In this document: in pieces, positions 34,753-40,852 of the stretch
How the letters are laid out: every line of letters begins with the position of its first letter
Position numbering within the stretch: the first letter of the stretch is position 1
From: a virus
Lineage: Duplodnaviria > Caudoviricetes
Virus record (IMG/VR): IMGVR_UViG_3300028326_000306
Location: 1 to 40,852 of that record
DNA length: 40,852 nucleotides
Strand: one strand, 5' to 3'
Translations under genes and position numbers: made by a program
Notes under the pieces: model-generated
What the model was told of the DNA's origin: nothing
The model's database searches: none
The model's input: the letters and a program-made list of their open reading frames with translations, nothing else

Positions 34753-35747
34753 GTTATCTGCCTTTCTGTCGGTTCGCTGACTTCATTCAGCAGTATCTTT
34801 CTGAAGATACTTTCAAAGATAGGCACTACGATTGAATTGCCTGCTTGCTTATATAATGCCGTGTTTTGCTTACCCTTAACTCCAGGATTGGCCTTAAGAG
34901 CGTTTTTATAATCCTTGTCCGAATATCCCATAAGCCTCCAGCATTCAAGCTCTGTAAGTATTCTGTAGCTTCCGTCTGATCTCTTAATAATTCCACTGTT
35001 AGGGCAAACATTCTGCTTTGTAGTTATAGTCATTGCATAGTTTTTTATAACAGACAGCTTATTTATTGGTGCATTGTCATAATTATTGGGATCAATTTTA
35101 TTGGCCATGCTTGGAGCTTTAATAGTATATTGATCCGGTACCTCACTGTCCGGCTGGATATAATCCCATACATTTCCCATTGGTTTACGTATCAGATCAT
35201 CAAAGTCAAACGCATCTTTTCCGAGAACAGATACTGTAAAAACTCTCTGCCGGTTCTGCGGAATACCAAACTCTCTTGCGTCAAGAATATCAAATGAATT
35301 GGTATATCCCATTGACTCCATTTCCTTCAGATACTTGTTGTAATTGTGAATCATATATCTGCTTCTCACATTCTTAACGTTTTCCCAAATTACATATCTC
35401 GGCTTCCATGCTCCCATCTGTCTAATGATGTTGATTGTTTCCCACATCAGACTGGACCTTGTATTGCTCCCCTCATCACCGCCTTGCGGTACTCTGCGAT
35501 TGTAACCGGCTATGGAAAAGTCCTGACAAGGGCTGCCATGTATCAGAATGTCCGGTTTAAGGTTCCATCCGACCACAGACTGCGTTTTATATGACAGTTC
35601 GTCAGTAAACATCGCATTGTATGATCTTACTGCTTTTTCGTCTATCTCAACGTAATCTATGGCCTTTACCGGTATTCCAATATTTCTTAATGCTACTCTT
35701 GGACTACCAACCCCACCAAATAATTCTAAAATCTGTACTGGTTTCAT
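34743..35747 (-). CDS. DNA (cytosine-5)-methyltransferase
   Basis: Motif I FGGVG, IV GSPCQDFS, VI ENV, VIII QNRQRVF, X QAGNS. Confidence 0.95.
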   Translation of the reverse strand: MKPVQILELFGGVGSPRVALRNIGIPVKAIDYVEIDEKAVRSYNAMFTDELSYKTQSVVGWNLKPDILIHGSPCQDFSIAGYNRRVPQGGDEGSNTRSSLMWETINIIRQMGAWKPRYVIWENVKNVRSRYMIHNYNKYLKEMESMGYTNSFDILDAREFGIPQNRQRVFTVSVLGKDAFDFDDLIRKPMGNVWDYIQPDSEVPDQYTIKAPSMANKIDPNNYDNAPINKLSVIKNYAMTITTKQNVCPNSGIIKRSDGSYRILTELECWRLMGYSDKDYKNALKANPGVKGKQNTALYKQAGNSIVVPIFESIFRKILLNEVSEPTERQITWT

Positions 35748-36595
35748 TATTTGACTACCCCATCAGCATCAATGCTCACCTGCTCCAGCGGCTTCAGCTG
35801 CGGAGTATCTGACTGATCCGCATCATCTTCCTCAGTAACCTCATACTCAGCCTGTACAAGATCAACATCCTTGTCATCGATCACAGCATTTACTGTAGTT
35901 TCATCTGATGTCATAGCTCTGACAAAGTCTGACTTAAGCGGAGCATATTTCAATGCCTTCTTGATCACTGTCTTTTTCGCCATCTCATCCCACGAGTCCG
36001 ACCATGCCGGTGAGTTCTTAGCCTTGCTGAACTTGTTTCTGTGTGCCTCAATGTCTGCTGCCGACATGACCTCAAAACCATAGCCTCCGGAAACCAAGTG
36101 ATAAACCGCATACACCCATGCGACCTTGCCCTTGTCAGCATCCATAGTTGGGATATGTCTGAGCTTAGGTTCCAAGCCGTACTCAAACTCAAAGGTATCA
36201 TTCTGATATACCACATGGGCCTCGATAGATTTCAATTCTCCTGATCTGTGAGCCAGCTCGATCAGACCTCTATAGCCGAGCTGGAACTGACACTCAGTTT
36301 TGTATGGAATAAGGTAAGCCTGTCCAAGCGGAGTGTTAGGCTCCAATCCGAGCTGAGCTGCATTAAGCAATGCACCTGCAAAGGATGCAGGAGTACATCT
36401 TGCAAGCTGCGGATTCTGAATGACAGCTGTTGTAGCGATGCGTACAAATCTTTCCGGAGTCATCACTGCCGGCAATGCTTTAGCGAACTGAGGCTTATAG
36501 CTCTCAATCCAATCCTTAATAGTTGGCTGCTTGCTTGTTTTCTCTTCCTTGCTTATAACGGCATTGCCGCTTTTTACGTTTACTGAATTTGTCAT
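35747..36595 (-). CDS. recT: RecT-family single-strand annealing protein
   Basis: AQLGLEP..LGQAYLIPY, FQLGYRGLIELAHRSG, EMAKKTVIK. Confidence 0.95.
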   Translation of the reverse strand: MTNSVNVKSGNAVISKEEKTSKQPTIKDWIESYKPQFAKALPAVMTPERFVRIATTAVIQNPQLARCTPASFAGALLNAAQLGLEPNTPLGQAYLIPYKTECQFQLGYRGLIELAHRSGELKSIEAHVVYQNDTFEFEYGLEPKLRHIPTMDADKGKVAWVYAVYHLVSGGYGFEVMSAADIEAHRNKFSKAKNSPAWSDSWDEMAKKTVIKKALKYAPLKSDFVRAMTSDETTVNAVIDDKDVDLVQAEYEVTEEDDADQSDTPQLKPLEQVSIDADGVVK

Positions 36596-36596
36596 C

Positions 36597-37535
36597 TTAC
36601 TTTACCTCCTTGGTTTTCAAAACTCTTGTTTCGCTTGTTTTACAAACTGCTTCATATACATCAGGATATTTTTCCTTTAGTGCCTTGCTGTCCACGGTTT
36701 GCCTTGACTGGCTCTTCCAAGTGACCACATAGTGTTCTGTGCTTCCCTCTGTGCAGTCTCCAAGTTTGGAGCAAATCTCCGCCTTAATACTTTTCTCTTG
36801 TGCCTCGATACGTTTTTTCATTTCCTGCACTGACAGCAGATTCTTGATTAAATCATCAGATTCAGTAAGCACTATACTCAGACCGTTATCATGTGGATGC
36901 AGCTTATTTAATGTTTCAAAGCTGCTGTCCGATCCATCAGCATCAGGCTGTATCTTAGTCAGCACATTATTGTTCCAAAACTCTATCTCGCTGGCTAGCA
37001 GCATAGCTATGTCATCATCATTCCTTGCGACCTCATACCAGTAAAATCCCTTGCCAAACTGAAGGATCGCCAGGTACATCTTGTCATAACCCATGACCGC
37101 CATATAATGCTGGAGCTGGCAGTAATACTGTTTTGGGATATCCCCTGCTCTCAGATCGTACTTGCCGAACTCGCTCATAGTCTTGCATTCCAGTGCGGCA
37201 TTCTCGCCTACCACAGTACGGTCAATGTTAGCAGTTAAAAAATCGTAGTCATCATGTACATACATGAAGTTGTCTACACGGACCTTCTTGCCGGTTGCTT
37301 CCATGAAACGGTCCGCCACGTACTGCTCAAGATCACGGCCCAGCCTCATACGTTCATTGTCATTGTCCGGCTCACCGTCAAAATATCCCATCTTGTCAGC
37401 CCACAGCGTGAGCTTATCCTTCCAAGGATTCATTCCCACGCATACGGCAGCATCGCTTCCGCCTATGCTTTTCTTTCTGAGCTGCAGCCAATCATCATGA
37501 GTCATCTTAGTGACATTAGCTAATTTCTTTCCCAT
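36597..37535 (-). CDS. YqaJ-type viral exonuclease
   Basis: WLQLRKKSIGGSDA, ANIDR, LECKT, YYCQLQHYM; adjacent to recT. Confidence 0.95.
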   Translation of the reverse strand: MGKKLANVTKMTHDDWLQLRKKSIGGSDAAVCVGMNPWKDKLTLWADKMGYFDGEPDNDNERMRLGRDLEQYVADRFMEATGKKVRVDNFMYVHDDYDFLTANIDRTVVGENAALECKTMSEFGKYDLRAGDIPKQYYCQLQHYMAVMGYDKMYLAILQFGKGFYWYEVARNDDDIAMLLASEIEFWNNNVLTKIQPDADGSDSSFETLNKLHPHDNGLSIVLTESDDLIKNLLSVQEMKKRIEAQEKSIKAEICSKLGDCTEGSTEHYVVTWKSQSRQTVDSKALKEKYPDVYEAVCKTSETRVLKTKEVK

Positions 37536-37544
37536 CGTATCCTC

Positions 37545-37715
37545 CTAATTAAGTTCTATCTTATAATCATCAATATCCGCATCATTCATATTAATTCCAT
37601 CATTAGCGTAGGCACTTGCTACATCGTCCATCGCATTCACTTCACTGTCGGCTAAAATGTTTATGGTTTTAAACCTAACCTCGGTAATTTTAACTTCGTA
37701 CAGTTTTGCCATCAT
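37545..37715 (-). CDS. 56-aa DpnD/PcfM-like small protein (not in the ORF track)
   Basis: MMAKLYEVKITEVRFKTINILADSEVNAMDDV...; GGAGG RBS; fills the gap before the exonuclease gene. Confidence 0.6.
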   Translation of the reverse strand: MMAKLYEVKITEVRFKTINILADSEVNAMDDVASAYANDGINMNDADIDDYKIELN

Positions 37716-37983
37716 CAACACCCTCCGCAGCTTCTTTCAAAGCCTTTTCAAGATTTCCCTTGATTCTTTCGATCATCTGATCACCATCATCGTAGTCAGT
37801 TAGAGAAGCATCAAATAAGGCTTTCATAACCATCCTGCTTTTATAATCCCCTACCATTTCTCTCAGATTCTCGTTTCTGACTGCTCTGAGCAATGCCTCA
37901 AGCTCATCAAGTAGGCTTAAAACCGTTCCTTCAATTTTGATATGCACATGCTCTTCAGTTGATGTTACATTAATCATTCTCAT
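37690..37983 (-). CDS. Hypothetical phage protein
   Basis: 97-aa ORF with AGGAGG RBS, overlapping neighbours. Confidence 0.65.
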   Translation of the reverse strand: MRMINVTSTEEHVHIKIEGTVLSLLDELEALLRAVRNENLREMVGDYKSRMVMKALFDASLTDYDDGDQMIERIKGNLEKALKEAAEGVDDGKTVRS

Positions 37984-38131
37984 TTCCTCCTAACATGTAT
38001 AGAACTGATAATACCAAAGTGACCACGAATAGCAGTGACCCTCCACCAAAGGCCAGGTAAGGGCGGCTGGCTATGTCTGCCGCCATGATCAATGCCGCTA
38101 TAATCAGTGCGGCTAAAATCTTAAATCTCAT
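37970..38131 (-). CDS. 53-aa two-TM membrane protein (not in the ORF track)
   Basis: MRFKILAALIIAALIMAADIASRPYLAFGGGSLLFVVTLVLSVLYMLGGNEND; GAGG RBS. Confidence 0.65.
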   Translation of the reverse strand: MRFKILAALIIAALIMAADIASRPYLAFGGGSLLFVVTLVLSVLYMLGGNEND

Positions 38132-38136
38132 AATGC

Positions 38137-38449
38137 TTAACCTCTCGTAAAATCCAAATACTGTTCTTCTTGACGCTGTCTCAGCTTCTGAGTCTGATGA
38201 TTAGCTCCATAGATCAGCGGAGCCTCTCTCTGCAGCATCTGCCTGCAGCATCTGCCTGCAGCGTCTGATTGATTCAAAGCTAGGCATCTGACTGTCATTA
38301 TGACCAAGCAGCATCTCGCCAAATGGAATATTCATGTTGTAGTTAAGATTTCTGTAAACCTTATAGATCAGTCTGAAATCATCATTTCTAGACCACGGAT
38401 CATTCAGCAGCACATCTGCCACTGTTTTCTTAATGTTATTCAGTCTCAT
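38137..38449 (-). pseudogene. Early phage gene frameshifted by a 13-bp tandem duplication
   Basis: Removing one CTGCAGCATCTGC unit joins ...PSFESIRRCRQMLQ to REAPLIYG...LDFTRG, giving one 99-aa ORF that ends at the next RBS. Confidence 0.7.
38230..38267. repeat. 13-bp tandem repeat, about three copies
   Basis: CTGCAGCATCTGC CTGCAGCATCTGC CTGCAGCGTCTG. Confidence 0.95.
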
Positions 38450-38621
38450 TAGCGTACATCCTTTCATTCAGGTACCGCTTTGGCACTCTTCCGGATACTG
38501 TAATGTATCCTTTTTTCTGCAGCTCACTGTTGCACATTTTGATAATCGCATAGGCTTTAGACTGCTTAATGCCGAACAGCTGCATAACATCTGTGACGCT
38601 ATAGTATGACGGTTCGATCAT
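38436..38621 (-). CDS. Excisionase-like DNA-binding protein
   Basis: YYSVTDVMQLFGIKQSKAYAIIKMCNSELQKKGYITVSGRVPKRY resembles ICEBs1 Xis-type proteins; start moved to ATG at 38621 after GAGGAG. Confidence 0.75.
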   Translation of the reverse strand: MIEPSYYSVTDVMQLFGIKQSKAYAIIKMCNSELQKKGYITVSGRVPKRYLNERMYANETE

Positions 38622-38863
38622 GACAGTTTCTCCTCTCCTTGGTCCCATTTTGGGACAACTCGGGTAAAAAAATATCAACAATGAGTTGTGCGTCACGTAT
38701 TTCCAGCACATTGCACATGGCAATGATCTTATCGTCAGTTATAGCACCACTCGTTATTGATCCATCTGTTTACTGTGTTCTTAGACACATTCAGCCTGTC
38801 CGACAGTTTACGCTGTGACATTCCCTTGGTTGCCAAAATTCCTAATGCTTTGTATTTGTCCAT
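38599..38863 (-). pseudogene. Cro-like HTH regulator with an apparent +1 frameshift
   Basis: MDKYKAL...SQRKLSDRLNVSKNTVNRWINN stops after 42 aa; the adjacent frame continues GAITDDKIIAMCNVLEI...DIFL, the missing last helices of an Xre domain. Confidence 0.7.
38642..38656. promoter_or_regulatory. Distal repressor operator
   Basis: GTCCCA-TTT-TGGGAC palindrome identical to the core of the operator at 38881-38897. Confidence 0.8.
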
Positions 38864-38880
38864 TTCTTTCACCTCTTCTC

Positions 38881-38967
38881 TGTCCCATTTTGGGACAAGT
38901 ACAATATAGCATACTAGCAATACGATGTCAACCCATTTTGGGTTATATGTATTTACTTTTTGGGACA
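38881..38967. promoter_or_regulatory. Switch-region operators
   Basis: TGTCCCA-TTT-TGGGACA (38881-38897), AACCCA-TTT-TGGGTT (38930-38944) and half-site TTTTGGGACA (38958-38967), between divergent cro and cI. Confidence 0.8.
38903..38931 (-). promoter_or_regulatory. Early lytic (cro) sigma-A promoter
   Basis: Minus strand TTGACA-N17-TATATT with an extended TG, flanked by two operators. Confidence 0.85.
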
Positions 38968-38980
38968 CTTGCACTATAAT
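38952..38980 (+). promoter_or_regulatory. Lysogenic (cI) sigma-A promoter
   Basis: TTTACT-N17-TATAAT upstream of the repressor RBS. Confidence 0.65.
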
Positions 38981-39019
38981 ATGCATATAAAGACATATAA
39001 TAAGAAAGGAAGTGAGCAA

Positions 39020-39442
39020 ATGAAATATGTAGATGATACTGGAATATCTTATGAAATTGATCCTAATCTGATTAGTCAGCGACTGCAGGAAGTCTTGACA
39101 GAAAAGAATATAAGTTACAATGAACTTGAAAAGATGACCGGTATACCAAAATCTGCCCTGCAGCGTTATGCTGCCGGCACCACAAAGAAAATCCCTACTG
39201 ACAGAATAAGAGTAATAGCATTGAAGCTCCATGTTAATTTGCTATACTTGCTTGGATTAACAGATGACCCAAACGAACTACCGGTATTTAACGTTTCCGT
39301 TAATACTGATAAAGTTAGTATAGTAAATAATGCCAAGTCTGATAAGATTCAGAAGCTGCTTAATTACTTCTGTCAGCTTAGCGATGATGAGATGATAGAT
39401 TTGATCAGGTACGCAGAATTCTTGTATGAAAGGGGAAAATAA
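39020..39442 (+). CDS. cI-like Xre-family repressor without an S24 peptidase domain
   Basis: SYNELEKMTGIPKSALQRYAAG HTH; short helical C-terminus; divergent from cro; start moved to ATG at 39020 after AAAGGA. Confidence 0.85.
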   Translation: MKYVDDTGISYEIDPNLISQRLQEVLTEKNISYNELEKMTGIPKSALQRYAAGTTKKIPTDRIRVIALKLHVNLLYLLGLTDDPNELPVFNVSVNTDKVSIVNNAKSDKIQKLLNYFCQLSDDEMIDLIRYAEFLYERGK

Positions 39443-39453
39443 ACGGTGATACC

Positions 39454-39624
39454 ATGGATTACATAATACCTATAGCCGCAGGATGGTACATTGTACTATT
39501 TGCATGGTTCGATGACGGACACCATGAGAGGCTTTATAAAAAAGCTATGCTTTTGATATTTGTTGCAGCATTACTTTATTTTGCATTCCGCATATTAGAT
39601 GCACTAGGCAATATACATTTTTAG
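39454..39624 (+). CDS. 56-aa two-TM membrane protein in the lysogeny operon (not in the ORF track)
   Basis: MDYIIPIAAGWYIVLFAWFDDGHHERLYKKAMLLIFVAALLYFAFRILDALGNIHF; fills the cI-int gap and its stop overlaps the integrase RBS. Confidence 0.65.
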   Translation: MDYIIPIAAGWYIVLFAWFDDGHHERLYKKAMLLIFVAALLYFAFRILDALGNIHF

Positions 39625-39635
39625 GAGGTAATCAT

Positions 39636-40670
39636 ATGCCGTCATATAAAGACAGCAATGGTAAATGGTACTGCAAGTTTTATTACAAAGATTGGAATGG
39701 TGAGAGCAAGCAAAAGAAGAAATCAGGATTTAAACTGAAACGTGATGCAGATGAATATGAAAGGAAATTTTTAGAGTACCACACTAGTGATGCCAACATT
39801 ACAGTCGGCACTTTAGCGGATCGGTACCTGGAACTCAATAAACCAAACTGGAAAGCTCAAACATACTACTCAAAATGCAGCGTAACAGATAACTTAATTA
39901 GGCCCTATTTGGGTAATACAAGCATTAATGAAGTAACTCCCTTAATGATTATCGAATGGACCAATAAAATCCGTGAAACCGGCATTAAAGACACCACACT
40001 TAAAACATATGTCAGCGTATTAAAGGCAATGATGAATTTTGCCGTTGTACATTTTGGGCTGGATAAAAGTCCTGTAAATGATATTAAAATCAAAACGCAG
40101 AGCAGAGAGATGAACTTTTGGACCATTGAAGAGTACAGAGAATTTATGACGTGTGATCTTGATCTGCAGTATAAGCTGGCAGTTAAGGCACTATACTGGA
40201 CCGGCCTCAGAGTCGGAGAGCTGCTGGCACTGACCCCTAACGATTTAAAGGATGGCTACATATCTGTAAATAAAAACATAATCTCAGCAGGATACAGACG
40301 GATTATCCAGGACTCACCTAAGACATCCAACAGCAGGCGAAATGTCAAAGTTCATGAAAGCCTGATGGCAGAGCTTAGGGACCTAGCTGTTAAGGAAATG
40401 TTAAATGAAAATAATTTAATTTTTGATTTTACAAATCAGACGTTAGGCTATAGAATAAAACAAGGATGCAATCAGACCGGAGTTAAAATTATCCGAGTAC
40501 ATGATATACGGCATTCTCACGTAGCGTTGATGATCCACTTAGGTTATGGGACAAGAGCCATAGCGGATCGGATAGGTGATAATCCGGCTGTGGTCGATCT
40601 AATATATTCGCATATTTATGAATCAGATGTGGATAGAATGATAGATAATTTCTCCGAGCTGGATAATTAG
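39636..40670 (+). CDS. int: Tyrosine integrase with N-terminal arm-binding domain
   Basis: KKKSGFKLKRDA arm-binding motif, TGLRVGE, PKT, HDIRH, catalytic Tyr in IYSH. Confidence 0.95.
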   Translation: MPSYKDSNGKWYCKFYYKDWNGESKQKKKSGFKLKRDADEYERKFLEYHTSDANITVGTLADRYLELNKPNWKAQTYYSKCSVTDNLIRPYLGNTSINEVTPLMIIEWTNKIRETGIKDTTLKTYVSVLKAMMNFAVVHFGLDKSPVNDIKIKTQSREMNFWTIEEYREFMTCDLDLQYKLAVKALYWTGLRVGELLALTPNDLKDGYISVNKNIISAGYRRIIQDSPKTSNSRRNVKVHESLMAELRDLAVKEMLNENNLIFDFTNQTLGYRIKQGCNQTGVKIIRVHDIRHSHVALMIHLGYGTRAIADRIGDNPAVVDLIYSHIYESDVDRMIDNFSELDN

Positions 40671-40688
40671 TACCTTTTTAGTACTTTT
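40667..40688. repeat. Candidate integrase arm-type binding sites
   Basis: Direct repeat TTAGTAC(C/T)TTT with 11-bp spacing at the integrase stop codon. Confidence 0.5.
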
Positions 40689-40741
40689 CATAAAAACAAG
40701 AATTGCTGAATACAGTAATATCAATAGTAAAAGGGGATTAT

Positions 40742-40852
40742 ATGAACAATTTTTCAACTTTATCTAAAAACATTGACAAGGTAATTTGCATAGTTATTGG
40801 GATACTAGCGGTTATAAGCATTACAATGATCGGAAGCACTCAGATTGCAGAC
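40742..40852 (+). CDS. 5' fragment of a probable host membrane protein (FtsW/RodA-like N-terminus), cut by the window edge
   Basis: AAAGGGGA RBS; MNNFSTLSKNIDKVICIVIGILAVISITMIGST resembles the first TM helix of SEDS proteins; only 37 codons visible. Confidence 0.45.
   Translation, partial: MNNFSTLSKNIDKVICIVIGILAVISITMIGSTQIAD

Larger units (their letters stand above)
1..40740. mobile_element. Temperate phage/prophage with podovirus-like gene set; left end lies outside the window
   Basis: Integrase, cI/cro switch, recombination, replication, packaging, capsid, short-tail and holin genes in canonical order; no tape measure, sheath or major tail tube gene recognised. The right boundary is approximate. 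Confidence 0.95.

Noticed and set aside
2247-37523. Numerous plus-strand and alternate-frame ORFs in the track
   Set aside because: They shadow well-supported minus-strand genes and show no recognisable motifs or convincing RBSs.
38735-39232. 165-aa minus-strand ORF as a real gene
   Set aside because: Its first ~120 codons run antisense to cI and across the promoters; only the part from ATG 38863 (Cro N-terminus) has an RBS.
40560-40615. Inactive integrase because the usual LGH reads IGD
   Set aside because: R, K, HxxR and the catalytic Tyr are intact and this position varies among tyrosine recombinases, so inactivity cannot be claimed.
40828-40840. Illumina adapter contamination (GATCGGAAGCAC)
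   Set aside because: It lacks the AG of GATCGGAAGAGCAC and reads in frame as MIGST in the terminal ORF.
1-40852. tRNA, rRNA, intron or IS element
   Set aside because: No cloverleaf, rRNA-like, transposase or homing-endonuclease signatures were recognised, and intergenic gaps are short.

Overview
The window is a near-complete temperate phage (prophage) of a Firmicutes/Clostridia-type host with short-tailed (podovirus-like) gene content. Almost everything reads on the minus strand. From right to left: integrase and cI-like repressor (+ strand), cro/xis switch with operators, YqaJ-RecT recombination, C5 DNA methyltransferase and radical SAM enzyme, replication initiator with iterons, SSB, small accessory genes (a Tad2/DUF2829-like protein next to a MazG-like protein), terminases, portal, a phage Prp cysteine protease, scaffold, N4-gp56-type major capsid protein, two fibre/adhesin modules, adaptor and nozzle, a putative ejection protein, a 3903-aa polyvalent protein and lysis genes (holin at the left edge; no endolysin in the window). 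The strongest observation is in the giant protein: after an HExxH zincin domain come five cargo cassettes (tandem JAB/RadC, an ADP-ribosyltransferase, two more ART-like or unknown domains and one unknown domain), and each is bounded by a [RK]-[FY]-x-[ML]-[KR] motif, which suggests an injected, self-processing polyprotein. Other points: matching LFDLxRF leaders on capsid and scaffold beside the Prp gene, a five-copy late-promoter motif, a frameshifted cro, a 13-bp duplication breaking a neighbouring early gene, and no GCGC or CGCG found in a by-eye scan of both strands. All family assignments come from motif recognition, not database searches.
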